A DNA stretch of 58,509 nucleotides, the filler included, from Dugesia japonica (Eukaryota), in NCBI GenBank assembly GCA_001938525.1. It is 5 parts of 5 records of this genome, joined end to end, with 100 filler letters (N's around TTAATTAATTAA, not from the genome) between each part and the next. Parts side by side here need not be neighbours in the genome. Positions count along the whole stretch, not along the records: positions 1 to 13,014 come from MQRL01618438.1; 4 more parts are not named here. The stretch is one strand, 5' to 3'. How positions within the stretch are numbered: the first letter of the stretch is position 1; each line of letters opens with the position of its first letter. Shown here piece by piece: positions 1-13,114 of this stretch. The position numbers were made by a program, and so were the translations under genes. The notes under the pieces are model-generated. The model saw only the letters and a program-made list of their open reading frames with translations, was not told the origin of the DNA and did no database searches.

Positions 1-539
1 AATACCTCAGGTTTAATAATTGACGGGAATAACTAGATCAACAGAGAAGGAGATTAAATTCATTTATTAAAAATGCTAAAACCCCAACATAATAATCAAT
101 TATTTATTTTATTTTCTTTTTATTCTTAGTTTAAGATTCAATACATTTGTTGGGGTGAGACACCCATTAGAGAAAGAAAAGAGTCAGAAAGATAAAAGAA
201 AGAAATAAAAGAAGGAGACCCTCGACAACTGAAGAATCAATAAATTAATGATAAATATAAAATCGAACGAAGAAAGAAAGCAATGATAAATAATTAAAAT
301 CAAACATCAAAAAGTAAATAAGAAGAGATATGAAGAGGAAAGAGAAAACAATTAAGGACGTAACAAGAATCATGAATATCCAGCGGTAATGAGGAAAATT
401 CCATAAGAAATAATTAAATTATATAAAATATTGGGGAAATAAATCAAATAAATAAAAAGAAAAATTAACCTGAAAAGGAGTAATTAATTAAGAAGAAAAT
501 TTGAAAAAGGGAAATAACTTCCCAAATTATCGGAGAAGG

Positions 540-3500
540 TCGGGGAAAGAAAATTCGAGAAGCCGACAAGTAAAGGAAATCCATTTCATTAGGCGAAAAA
601 TGATACCGTCTTCAGGAAAAGGTCGGAAAGTTAAGACAAACCACAAGGAAGAAAAAAGATAAAATACAAAGCAAAGAAAGTCAGGTGTCTAAAATTAGGC
701 ACCAATGAAATACAAAGAAAAATAGAGAAAAATCTGGAAATCAGACCAAGGACCAATAAGGAAGCTTGAAGAAAAACTAAAAATAAAAAACCAATGTTAA
801 GAGAGTCAGGGTGCGAACAGAAAACTATTTAAACCCCTCAGAAAATAAAGAAAAACAAAAAAAAATTTCAAATTTTATACTATAAGAGTGTGTATTATTA
901 TCAAAAATGACTAACATATGAAGCGAATTAAAGTGGAAATTATCTAACGATTGTGGAACGAAAAGAAAAAGAGAAATTTAACGAACAAACTCCGTTTGAG
1001 CAAATATTTATGAGTTTCTTTCAATTGTAATTTGGTTATAAAACTAATATATCATTTAATAAACAGTTGTTCATTTATTATAAATTATTCCACTGAGAAT
1101 CATATATGCAAAATTGAACAGTTTTTCTGGCTAAATTCACTGTTATCGTCTCAGACTAATCAAATAAGTCGTTCACTTGGCCAGAAAGTTGCATTACCCG
1201 ATAATTATATATATATCCACACACTCACTCGTATATTGACTCTACTACCAGACACGATAGTGATCATAGATAGATTATTGAAATGTCTGATAAGTGTAGG
1301 CATAAAACTTAGTTGTTAAGATATATCAAGACTGCGTTCAGTATAAACACCAGCGGATTGTATTGGATGAATCAGCCCCACCAGACAACTCGTTGTGTAG
1401 TATGAGCATTGTCTTACTACCTCGTCGAGTAACAACACGTAATTCGAAATTATGGCCATCATTAGTGTTGTAGGATAAGAGTGCAGCAACAACCAAACGG
1501 CTTAGGATCACTATTTTCGTTTGCACACCACCTATCAATGAATAGACCCAAATTAATGAGATGAGTTATTAATGACAGTTATCTATAAGCAGTAGGTGTG
1601 CCAATAGCTAGTGTAATAGAATCGCAATCTACTCATGGAATTATGATTCACCCATGAACTATTAGTTTTTCGTTTACCACTTGACATTGTGAGATCATCC
1701 CAAATTATATGTATTATTCCTCTCGTTATTAGAGGGAATAAGAGGTTGTATTAATTATAATTTTCTTAGCATTATCATCATTCTTATTAAAATTACTATT
1801 ATTATTCTTATTACCAATATTGTCGTTATTATTGTAGCAATCATGAATAATAAAATATTAAATAATTGGTGATTATAAAACAAAGTATTAAAATAGCTGC
1901 ATATCTGACAGGCCCTAAACAAAGGCTCAATAATACATATCAGTAATTATTAGTTAAATTATGTTAATAGTATAAAGTTGTAACAACAAAAATATTTATC
2001 TGAATTTGAAAAGCGACAAAACATATAATGTTATTTAATGATATGGACGAGTAATGGCGATAGATGAAAATAGACCCATTAAATAAAAAGCACAGATCAT
2101 TTCAAATGGTGAGAAGCCATTCAATAAATGATCCACANNNNNNNNNNNNNNNNNAAAACTTTAATTGATTAAATAATAATTTAAACACTTAGCAAAATTT
2201 ATCAAATTTTAAAATTAAAGTAAATAAGAGTTTCTGATAATTATATTTGAAAATAGAATCAATTTAAAATTTTACGGAGTAGATCCCGAACCCCTCATTC
2301 GTTTCGTTTTAGAGAAAGTTGACGTGCGGCCAATTAGTGATCGGCATAACAGAATCATTTTTATTGGTAGATTTGCGAATACAGAATTATCTCGAAATTT
2401 TGTATTTGTCAATGTTTCATTGGAAGATTCATGAGTGCAAAAATTTTTGGATTGATCATAATTTGATAAAACATTTTATTGGATCTTTCTCTTTGTGAAT
2501 TTGATGTTTAGTGTGTATAATTGGTATATATAACGAATGTAATTTTGCAAAAATTCGCCAAATTGGTCGAAGATTTATTTTGAAATAAATCGGTTTATTG
2601 TTATTCAAATAAAACTTTGTGGATTTTCGAGTTAGTATTACTGTGAACAAAGATTTTTCTAAAGTTGGGTAATCGATTATTTACGTCTATTCTGTAGACG
2701 CAATTAAATTTAACTTTGTGGAGTCAGCGAACCCAACATTATTAACATTATTATTATTGTTATATTTATTATGAATTTCATTCTTACTATTATTACTATT
2801 CTCATTATCAGTATTGACCATTCTCTTTACAATTATGAGTATCTGTAACGTTATTATTTCTATTACGTTTGTCCACGTTACTGTTACTATTATCGTTGTC
2901 ATTATTATTTATAGTAATACGATGATGAGAACCTTAATCGAATTACTTTTGGCAACCTAACGAATTTTAATGCAAACATTATTTTTCTGGGGTACTTCCA
3001 TTACCGCTGACTGTGACAGGGTTGTTTTTCGGTTATTGTTGGACATTAGTAGGTGTGTTCCTAAATTAAAATCAGCATTATGTATGGTCATCACTGCTAG
3101 GAACACAACCGATTGATATTAGTAATTTTATTGTTGTCATCATCATCCACACTATAACTAGGACTTCCGCTGATAGTCTCCCGAAACCTGTTACTTTTCT
3201 CTCATTGGCTTATCGATTTAATTTGTATTTCATTATTTTCTTTTAGGATAATATCAGATAATCTACTTGCCACTTTACGATGGATCCGTCACGAAAGAGA
3301 CGCAGAGCGACGAAGGCAACTGATTGTCCATTTATTATCCAAAGGACTGATTGAACTTTCGGACGAAATAGATCTTGCGTGTTTCAGGAAAATGTTTCCT
3401 TTGAAACAGTTTACTACCTACCCTGACACTAACATCTATTTGATATTAATAAATTAACTGTTTAACTCATTAAAAGTGTTCATGTTTTCTTTTATTATTG

Positions 3501-3645
3501 ATATCTTATACTCGTTTAGTGAACTATGTTATATTTAGTGACCGATTACCGATGGAAATTAGTATTAGACGCATGGTTTTTAGGCGGTTCAAAATCCCGC
3601 ACAATAAAAACACCGGCATTTTGACCGATAGTTCCAATTTCCCAA
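540..3645. repeat. Copy A of an unclassified large repeat/element: A-rich block, degenerate minus-strand ORFs, plus-strand mini-ORFs
   Basis: Collinear similarity to copy B: 630-840 vs 6378-6560 (ttaagacaaa...caggtgtc...caccaatgaaata.aaagaaaatagagaaaatctg); SDEIDLACFRKMFPL (~3358) vs ADETDLSCFLEMFPL (~7933); RMVFRRFKIPHNKNTGIL vs RMVYKRFTNPYHRNVGIL. Boundaries approximate. Confidence 0.7.
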
Positions 3646-3679
3646 GTTTTTTCAATTTCATGTTTTTTTTGTTTTTTTG

Positions 3680-3960
3680 TGTTTTTACACTACAGAAAAA
3701 AACATGAAGAATTACTAATTAAAGAAAACAATCTAAAATAAATATAATTTATAATAATTAAAAAATTAAATTTAAATTAACCAATTAAAATTTAGTAAAA
3801 ATAAATTTATCCAAAGAAAATTACTATTATAAGAATAAATATTGAATAAATTAAAAAGTCAACTCCTGAAGAAGACTAAGTCGAAATATCGAATTGTTAT
3901 CAAATATAAATAAAAAAACAAAAAAATTTGATCGAAGCTTTTATTCTAAATGAATTTATG
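3680..3960 (+). mobile_element. Penelope-like element 3' end / pseudo-LTR fragment
   Basis: Homologous to the reverse complement of 30130-30500 (cact.caga.aaaaacatgaa, cctgaagaagac, tttgatcgaagctttt), which lies directly downstream of a GIY-YIG remnant; contains a hammerhead motif. Confidence 0.65.
3860..3896 (+). ncRNA. Minimal type I hammerhead ribozyme motif (Penelope-type)
   Basis: caactc-CTGAAGA-a-GAC-taa-GTC-GAAA-tatc-gaattg: core, stem II, palindromic stem III, and stem I with 5/6 pairs. Confidence 0.7.
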
Positions 3961-6900
3961 ACTACACTATATATAATTTTTCTATTGATTTAAGAAGTAT
4001 ATAAAATATAATTAAAAATTTAAACCGTAGAAGATATATTTTTTTGAAATTTACAGAGAAAAATTAGATTGAATTCAGTTTGTGACATTTTTGGAATTAT
4101 TGATTTTCTGCGAGGTAAAAATTTATCATTAATAAAATTAAATTACTCAACTCGTATTGATTATGTTTCAATTAAATCCTTTAATTGTAAAATATAATCT
4201 CATGGTCGAAATTGATCAAGTTAAGGTTTAATTAAAATCTCGAGAACAAACTTCAAGAAAGCAAGCGTTTTGCTAATAAATTAATCAAAAGTTTCCCTCC
4301 AATTTTCACTTTTCTATTAAGGCGTTGTGCTAAAACGGTACATCCAACGTTTGCTTAGTTTTGGCAAATTGATCCTTGTTAATTCTGTGCTTCATAGGTA
4401 TAACGGTTTGTAAAATTTAAATAACTTTAGTCAATTTTTATAAACCATTTGTAAACGTTTATTGTCATAATTGAAATTAAAGTTTTGAAAATTTTTGTGT
4501 TTGCTTTCAAATTTTTATATTATTTTATTATAATATCTAAAATTGCATAGTTTTTAGTATAAAACACAGATTAAGATAAATTGTTCCTTCCAAACTCTTG
4601 AAATTTACCGAAACCGGAAATTAACTGATTTTTGACTCAAATCTGAGCACGTATTGTGAGGAAATCTATGTTAAAGTTTAAATAGAAAATCACAACCTAC
4701 ATTTATTGATCCTCATAAATTTATGCAAAGAAATCGAACAAATGATTTTAGGTTGATAAGTTAAAAATCAAGACATTTATGAAATTGGAAAAAATTAATT
4801 AAAAATCTGAAAATTAAAATTAACTTAACTCAATCCAATTGAAAATTAATTTGTAAAGTGGAACCAACATGTTACAGTAAGTCGACCGTTAAATGAAGAA
4901 CATTTAATAAGATTAATTGAATTAGGAGCTAACAATATAAATAGAACAGATTGTGAGAGTTTTATCGACATATGCTTGGGTTCATTTCAAGATTTATTAT
5001 GAAAGAAGCAATTATTGATGAATTCTAATTCTATTTTTAGATTAAATTGAATGTCATAAAGATTAAATTGGATGACCAACTATGTATGATCAATATTGCC
5101 ATTAAATTAGTTCAAACTAAAACACCTAGAATAGCTTCAATTTAATTTCACCGTTAAATTATTAAAAATTATGAAATCACATAAGTTTATTAATATTCAA
5201 ATAACGTAAGTAGATTAAATATTACATTTTAGATAGTTGAAACGGTATTTTTCATTTAATTAAATATACTCAACTAAATTTAAATTCAAATCTGAATTTA
5301 ATAATAAATTTTTACATTTATTACCTTGACCCTGAATAACCTTTTAGGTTAATATAGCAAATACTTTGTTACCTCGACATATTTTCATACTAAACGTATG
5401 TGTTTAGCTATTCCTTTTATTGACTGAAATAAATGCATTAAAATTTATTTCAAGAATAATAATAATAACCATTTAATTGATGATTTCTTTTAATAATCAT
5501 AAACGTAAACAATTATTAAAAGAAACAAATATCCAAATTGTGAAGAAAATAAATAAAATAGCAAATAAGTCAATTTTATTTGTAAACTAAAAAAATTGTA
5601 CTTAACATGAATAATAATTTAAATGATTAAAAGTTAGATGGAAATCTGATAAAATCCATAAAATTAGTTAAATTTAAAATATTCTTTACTCCTAGGGCTT
5701 TATATATTAAAAATTATTTACTAAAATATTCTGTAAATATTCCGAATTTCAAAATTGTATTTCGGTATTTTAAAATTATAAATGCGTTCAGTAATAAGGG
5801 TAAGACTTCTTGTGGATTAGTTTCTAATCTTATTTATAAAAATGAGTGTAATGCCACATACATTGTGGTAAATTAATAATCTCTTAAATTCTAAAAGCAG
5901 CCTAAAGCGGAAATAGTATTTAAATTAGTGAAAGCTCAAAATAATGGCAGATTAATAGTAATTTCAACTTCAAAAAAATCCATGATTAATTAATTATCTA
6001 AGAAATTATAAAAAGATCAAAAATATAGAGGAATATCAAGAAAATAATAAAAGTTTATGTTAAAAATAACAGCAAATTAACCATAATTAAAACGAAAACA
6101 CAAGAATATTCAAATCAATTATTTAGTATGAAAAATAAAAGCAGAAATCAATAAAGAAAAATTAATTAATTATTACTAGAAAAAGAAATTAATTACGACG
6201 AAAATCAGTAAAAGACGGATAACCTTTCAGCGGATGGTCAAAAATCACTGGGTCAAGAAACACTGGAAAGCTCTTGATGGGAGAAATTCTATTTTAAGAA
6301 GGAAAAAATGGTAACTCTTTTATTTAGGTTAGGAAAAGGCTTCAAAGTCCGAGCCAATGATAAGTTAAGGAAACAAGTTAAGACAAAGGCAAAAAAGTCA
6401 ACAGGTGTCCAAGAATAGACACCAATGAAATATAAAGAAAATAGAGAAAATCTGTGAATCTTAGAGAAGGCACCAATCAAAATTCTAAAAGCTGAAACAA
6501 AAATAGTAATGGTGAAGAAGTCGGGTTGTCTGAAAGATGGTATAAAAACCCGCAAAGTTTTAGACAGTTTACCCTCATTTTTCAAGAAAAAAAATTCAAG
6601 TCGCACAGAAAGTTCTAATTTAATCAAGGAATAGAAAAGACTGTGAAAAAACCCTCATCGTTCAGTGAAATTTATTTTAAGAAAAGTTTCTATTTAGAAT
6701 AATTCAGTTGCAGGAAGCTCAAGTCAAGAACATAAAGGAGTTGCAAAATAAATTAATTGGAAGAAGTCTATTATTACAGATAAACCCCTGTAATTGGAGC
6801 CAACAGTTTTATAAAACATGGGAATTCGTACTAGGAATTGTCATACTTCGTTATTTGAGATGATCAACATTAACCAGATTATTATTATTGTTGTTAATTT

Positions 6901-8152
6901 ATTTTTTATAAATCTATTATGTTTACCAAATTTTTATCACCATTGTATTATTGATAATTTAATCATGATACTTCTAGTCGGAATAATTTTTATATTTCTG
7001 TCATAAAAGTTAATAACGAAGATAGGTAATCCACCGGCAGTAATACGAACTAGTTCACCAATATCACCAAATCTATGCGGTCTATATGTTATGATAGATA
7101 TTCTTTGGGACACGATGGGCTGAATAACTAGTTGATTTTAGTTTCAGGTAGAATTTTACTCATTTGGTGTTACAATTAACAGCTAATAATAATCTTTGTG
7201 TTTTTGTAGTGTCTAAAGTAACGAATGTTTTTAGGACGTTATACCATTTTAAACATGGCCACGAAATAATCGATTTTTGATTGCATTTAGACCACAGATT
7301 TTCTTATTTTCTTGATAACTTATAATTATGTGGTAAAATTAATATTAGTTAAATGTCGTCCATGGAATATCCAACATACTACCATTATTATCTTTTAATA
7401 ACATTATTGGCATCATTATTAGTGGTGATGTTGGTAATAAACATATTTTTCTCTAAGTCTCTGGGTTAAGCAATACCTTGGTCATCACTTGAACTATTAA
7501 TTGAACTCTTTTGGTTTTAATCATTACTCTCATTTAGAAAATGCCTGCAGAATTCAAAAATGCCTTATGTCTCATCCGTAAAGCGAGAAAGCCAAGTCGT
7601 CTAAAACAGATAAAATTTTAAAAATTATAAGGTTGAAAAATAAATAAATATATATGTAAAACAAAGATATTTTAAATTAAAGTNNNNNNNNNNNNNNNNN
7701 NNNNNNNNNNNNNNNNNNNNNNNNNNNNNNNNNNNNNNNNNNNNNNNNNNNNNNNNNNNNNNNTAAAAAACCAATATTAATGAAAAATATTTTATTAAGA
7801 TTTCTCAGATTATTTGTTTGAAATTTGTGAATTGTTAATTCATATTTTTATTTTTAAGAATAGACTTGTAATAATCAATAAACAATTTATGGAGACTTGT
7901 GAGACTTTAAATTTAACTAATAGGGGGAACAAGCAGATGAAACAGACTTGAGCTGTTTTCTGGAAATGTTCCCTCTTGGACATGATGTTGACATAGATCG
8001 TGAATCGTGAATTAGGATATCTCTGAATTATTTGATGTTTAGTGAAAAAAAGCCTTTTGTGTTAATTTGTTGACTTGTCTTGTATGGTTGATATCTTTAT
8101 CTAGTTATTATAGATTTTTTGTAAATGTGGTTCTTATTCTACTACTTGTTTA

Positions 8153-8434
8153 GTGAACCAATATCGGCGGAGTTTAGTTTTTGATCGTCCCACCAGCCGT
8201 ATGGTATATAAGCGGTTCACTAATCCGTATCATCGGAATGTTGGAATTTTAGTAGACCGATTAAATCTACCGCCGGAGATTGCTGATTTTGAAAGACAAT
8301 GTGATGCGGTATGGCGACAGGCTTATTACAATTGGACAGGTCCTGAAAGTAACCTCCCACTTGTACCTCCATCTCCTACTCGTGAGGAAATTATAAGTGA
8401 CTATTTGTGGAGTATTAGAAACTCCATCAGTTAA
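8153..8434 (+). CDS. Mini-ORF 1 (93 codons), unknown protein; paralog remnant at 3538-3645
   Basis: Open frame starting at tttag|TG; AATAAA ~30 nt after the stop; protein-level conservation with copy A. Confidence 0.55.
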   Translation: MNQYRRSLVFDRPTSRMVYKRFTNPYHRNVGILVDRLNLPPEIADFERQCDAVWRQAYYNWTGPESNLPLVPPSPTREEIISDYLWSIRNSIS

Positions 8435-8652
8435 TTTTGTGTTTTTTTTTCATCTTCTGGTCTAAAATAAATGTTTCTTGTTATAGTCTATCTATCTTTT
8501 CCCCTTAATGAGGTTCATTTTTTGTGATTAATGAAGTGAATTATTATAATAACTATATTTTTGTGAGACTTTCTTAAGATTATGATGTTAATTTGGTAGT
8601 TATGATTAAATGTCTTGCTAACTATCGTTAATTGTTCTTTTATTGTTATTCA

Positions 8653-9012
8653 GTGTGTCGTCTGCTCAATCACTCCGTCGCTCCAACTAAAAAGTCGCTA
8701 GATGATAGTGAGGACATTGAAATGACCTGTGAGGTCTATTAACTCATGAAACGGCGTGAGTAAGTGGTTGTTGCGGTAGCTCAGGCTAAAGTTAAACGTT
8801 TTAAACGCCGATGTTGGAACAGCTGTCAACAAATGGAGGCTTCACACGCCTAGGAGCGTGCCTGGAAGACTCAACTTAAACTCTTTGCCTACATAATTAA
8901 TTCGCCTCACGAGAGAGATGTTGAACTCGTCGCGGATATTCTCGAGTTGCAAAAGCAGATACCCTTCGAGCCATTGTACATAGTTAAGCATATACAAACT
9001 CCTCGGAGCTAA
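8653..9012 (+). pseudogene. Mini-ORF 2 (120 codons, 3 internal stops), unknown protein
   Basis: Single frame from ttcag|TG to TAA 9010-9012; higher GC than flanks; CTAAC branch-like motif upstream; AATAAA ~9045. Confidence 0.5.
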
Positions 9013-9169
9013 CAACTGAACTTTATTGTTTGAAGTTTCCTAGAAATAAAATTGGTAAAGCGAATTTGTCTTGAATTGTCTTTTGCTCATAACGATAAAC
9101 CCCCTAATTTGATTAGTTGTTACGATTTCATGCTGTTGTGATCATTACTTATCTTTCAATTTATATTTA

Positions 9170-9523
9170 GTGCCACGAATCGGTTTGCCGAACTTCTTAC
9201 AGCGATGCCATAAACTCTTAACTAAATTTATCATAAAAGACACTATTCATAAAGGTGTGAAAGATCCCTCCTCCGACACTTGTTCCAGAGGAATCGTCTT
9301 ATAAAAAATGGAAATCGTAAACAAAAAACAAGATGAGCTTGCGAGGCAAACAAGGGACATCCTCGTCAATAAGATAAATTTCCTCAAACAATATATAGTG
9401 GATTTAATTGCCATGTTGGAGATTAAAATTCGGACGCCCTGGAACAGTGAGGATGACGAGGCCGCGTTTAACTTTGCGGATGACGCGCCCCTCAAATGGC
9501 TCGATCCAGGAGATTTAGATTAA
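9170..9523 (+). pseudogene. Mini-ORF 3 (118 codons, 1 internal stop at 9302), unknown helical protein
   Basis: Frame of ORF 9308-9523 extends back to tttag|TG at 9170; AATAAA just after the stop (~9529). Confidence 0.5.
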
Positions 9524-9789
9524 TTATGAATAAATTTTCCTTAATAAGGAGTTATCTTCGTTTTATGAATTATGAGGAATTATGAACCCGAATTAAAGGT
9601 ACGCGGGTATGAACTCTAATTTAACGTTGGGAGTCAACGGTCCTGTACAAAAAACCTAAACTAAGGACTTTATGTAAATTTTTCGATGGGTCCCCTAAGG
9701 ACTGACTTTTCCTCCAGCCATATTTTTCCAACACTAACTCAAAGGGAACCCCAACACATTGCCTAAAGAACTTTTTTCGAAAAATGTTT

Positions 9790-12700
9790 CATGGATGATA
9801 AAAAAAAGGATGCAAATAAAAGTTAAAGAATGCAAACTAGCCAACTTGGAAGAGATATTTGAAACAATAAAAACAAATGTAAACTAAAGAAGGACCTAAA
9901 AGAAACGGACAATATAAATATAACAGAGAGTTACACCAATGTAGTAAGAAGAGGCATTGCAAAAGAACATTTTTCAGGAGTTAACCGAACTCAAAGTGGA
10001 GCTAAAAAATAAATTATATGTTGGTCATGTCAAAAGATAGGTCATATCAGCAAAGGTTGTCCCGAAAAGAAAAGAACGTGTTATGCATGCGGATCAGAGA
10101 ATCATGTAAGACGAAATTGTGACAAAATTAGATGTTCAAGATGTGGAAAAAATAGACATCATACAGAACAATAGTATACTAATTTGGAGAAAAGAAGTGT
10201 ATGGATTAATAAGAGAAGACAGCAGAATAAAGAAAAAATGAAATGAAGCAGCACAATACAACCGAAGAGAGGAAACAAACAGAAGATATGATGATAATAA
10301 CAGATTCCAAAACAAAGTGGGAGGACATCAGCCAAAAAAGGTTTCAGGAGAAGAGACGTCAATAGAAGATAACAAAGAGAGGAGATAATATTTTTTATTA
10401 CGATGAGGAGATAAACAGATATAGAGAAAAGACCCCAAACAGACAAGCTCCATCCAAAGTTGAGATGATTGAACCAATGAACTAAAAAACTATCCAGATC
10501 GCGATATACATGTGTATAGTAAAAGTAGTTAAATTAACAGTATAAAAGATGAAAGTAAAGGGGAAAGAGTAGACAGAAAAGTTTATGCATTTTTAAAGAA
10601 AGATTACAGAGATATGTAGAATACAGATATCAAGATAATGAAAGAAACGAGAAATGATGATAACAGAATAATATTATTAGAAAAGAATGAACAAATACAA
10701 ATAAATTATTACAGAATGCAATGTAAGCCCAGTGTAGAAGTTAGAATTCAAGTAAGATACATGGACTGTCTTTTAAACACAGGTGCAAAGATAAACGTAA
10801 TGAGCCTAAATATATTTAGAAGTCTGGTAAATGTGGAGCTTATAGGAACTGATGACGTGTTAAAATTTGCAAATAATAGCAGAATGAACATTTTGGGAAG
10901 ATATATGTAGAAGTGGAGATTGAAAACAGTAAGAAAACAGTACAATTTACAGTAGTAGAAAAAATGAGTCTGAATCTTGTTGGAGAAATAGACATTCAAT
11001 GCCAGTTTGGATACCATTTAAAGAAAGAAACAGAGAATTACGAGGATGAACAGTGTATCTGCAACATAGACGCAAGGTTTGGTCGGAAAATTGAGGATGT
11101 TGAAAGAGAACAGAGAGCTTTAAGAATTTTGATGACAAAACGAGACGAGAAACTGGAAATGGTAATAGAACTACATTGAGGAGTATTCATGGCAGATAAC
11201 TGGGATGTTGGATGTACAATTGTGGCAGAACACAAGATAGTGACAAAAGATTTTCTCCAATAAATACGAAGCCTTGGGGACAACCCATGAATCTAGAAGA
11301 AAAATAAATACGGCCATAAAAAATTTAGCAGACGCTATTATAAGAAAATGTAATTCGCAGTGGAAAACACCACTGATTTGCGTCTGTAAGAAAGAAAAAA
11401 AGGATGTGAGACTTTATTTAGACTTCAGGAAACTGAATGCAGTTAGGAACGACAGGCCGTNNNNATGACAAACATGGAAAAAATGTAAGACAATTTTTAT
11501 GGAGCTAAATATTTTAGTACCATAGACTTAAGAAACGCGTATTACCAGGTACCGTTGGAAAAAGAGTCACAAAAGAAAACAGTCTTTTCGATAAAAAATG
11601 GCCAATATTGCTTCACAAGAATGCTATTTGGTATAGCAGCAGACCCAGCAACTTTCCAAGAACTTATAACGAAAGTATTGGAGGGTCTAGATTGAGCAAT
11701 GGTGTATATAGATGACATAATGGTATACTCAGAAGGATTAAAAGAGCATTATATAACTTTAGGTCAGGTATTAGAGCGGATCCAAAAGGCAGGGCTGCGA
11801 GTGAATCCAGATAAATGTCACCTAATACGCAAAGAAGTGAAATTTCTTGGTTAAATAATAGATAAAGAAGGAATTCGAACAGATCCAATGATAATCGAGG
11901 CAATCAAGAATTTGGTGAAACCCAAATGGGTAAGGAACCTGAAAAGCTTACTCGGAATATGCAGTTATTACAGGAGATTCATCAAGAATTATTCAAAGAA
12001 ATCAAGAGCCCTAGAAGAAATATGTGGAAGCAACAGCACCAAGCTAATATGATCAGATGAATGTGAGAAAGCTTACGCAGAAATAAAACAATCACTGATA
12101 GAAGCACCTATTCTAGAATTCCCTGATATAAATAAGATAATTATCTTAGATACTGACGCTAGCTTCGACGCAATAGGAGCGGTCCTATCACAAAAAGATG
12201 ATGATGGAAGAGAAAGAGTTATTGCTTATGGCTCACATGTAATGACATCTCATGAGAAGGGTTACGTATCACACGGAAGGAAGTACTATCAATTTACTAC
12301 TTTTGCAACTGCTTTAAACATTATTTATATCGGAAAAAATCCATAACGAGGACAGATCACAAAACCATCGAATTCATTGAAAAGACAAACAAACCGATAA
12401 AACTTCACTTCTATAAATGAAAAAATTACCTTAGCAACTTAGACATAGAACTAATATATAGACAAGGCAATAAACACGCAAACGCAGATATGCTCTCAAG
12501 AATGAATTGCGGAACGGGCACTCAATGTCAAATGCAACACGAGAATTCAAAGATGGAGAAGATGAAAACAAGATATATAAACCAGATGATAAAGATAGAG
12601 AGATGTAAATGGCAAGAGCGAATAGAGGAAATCAAACTAATCAAACGAAATATTCAAGAAGGAAAGGATTACAAATATAGAGTCTAAAGTAATATAGTGA

Positions 12701-13014
12701 AAACAAGTGATGGGAAAATCTTTATTCCAAAAGAGAAAATAATATCAATGATCAAAGAGATACATACATTATTAATACATGCAGGAACAGAGAAAACGAT
12801 CAGCTACATAAACAACAACTACGACATGAAAGAACTGAAGAAGGTAATCACAGACGTGATAAAACAGTGTGAAGCGCGCCAAAAGAACGAATTCAATACT
12901 GTGGCAACAAAAATGACAACAGTAAAATTAAGGGCAAATTTTCCATTTGAAAAGATATACATTGGCATATGTGGGCCTTTTCAAAAGACTGTGAACAAAC
13001 GAAGATATATATAT
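9790..13014 (+). mobile_element. Degenerate Ty3/gypsy retrotransposon (gag C-half, protease, RT, RNase H, integrase N-terminus)
   Basis: Three CCHC-type knuckles (CWSCQKIGHISKGC, CYACGSENHVRRNC, CSRCGKNRHHTEQ*) at 10019-10175; CLLNTGA; LDFRKLN; IDLRNAYYQV; YIDD (~11705); DTDAS; integrase HHCC region. Order PR-RT-RH-IN with many stops and frameshifts. Confidence 0.93.
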
Positions 13015-13114
13015 NNNNNNNNNNNNNNNNNNNNNNNNNNNNNNNNNNNNNNNNNNNNTTAATTAATTAANNNNNNNNNNNNNNNNNNNNNNNNNNNNNN
13101 NNNNNNNNNNNNNN
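13015..13114. other. Artificial assembly spacer
   Basis: 44N + TTAATTAATTAA + 44N = 100 bp. Confidence 0.95.

Larger units (their letters stand above)
6200..9560. repeat. Copy B of the same unclassified element, with a longer mini-ORF cassette
   Basis: Collinear similarity to copy A; boundaries approximate. Confidence 0.7.

Noticed and set aside
4260-5150. Coding-like patches (similar ones at 14820-15330, 19830-20060, 27560-27720)
   Set aside because: No motif I could recognise and no sustained frame; probably old transposon debris, left unannotated.
13059-13070. TTAATTAATTAA as a biological palindrome or piggyBac target site
   Set aside because: It is always centred in exactly 44+44 Ns; it is an artificial linker.
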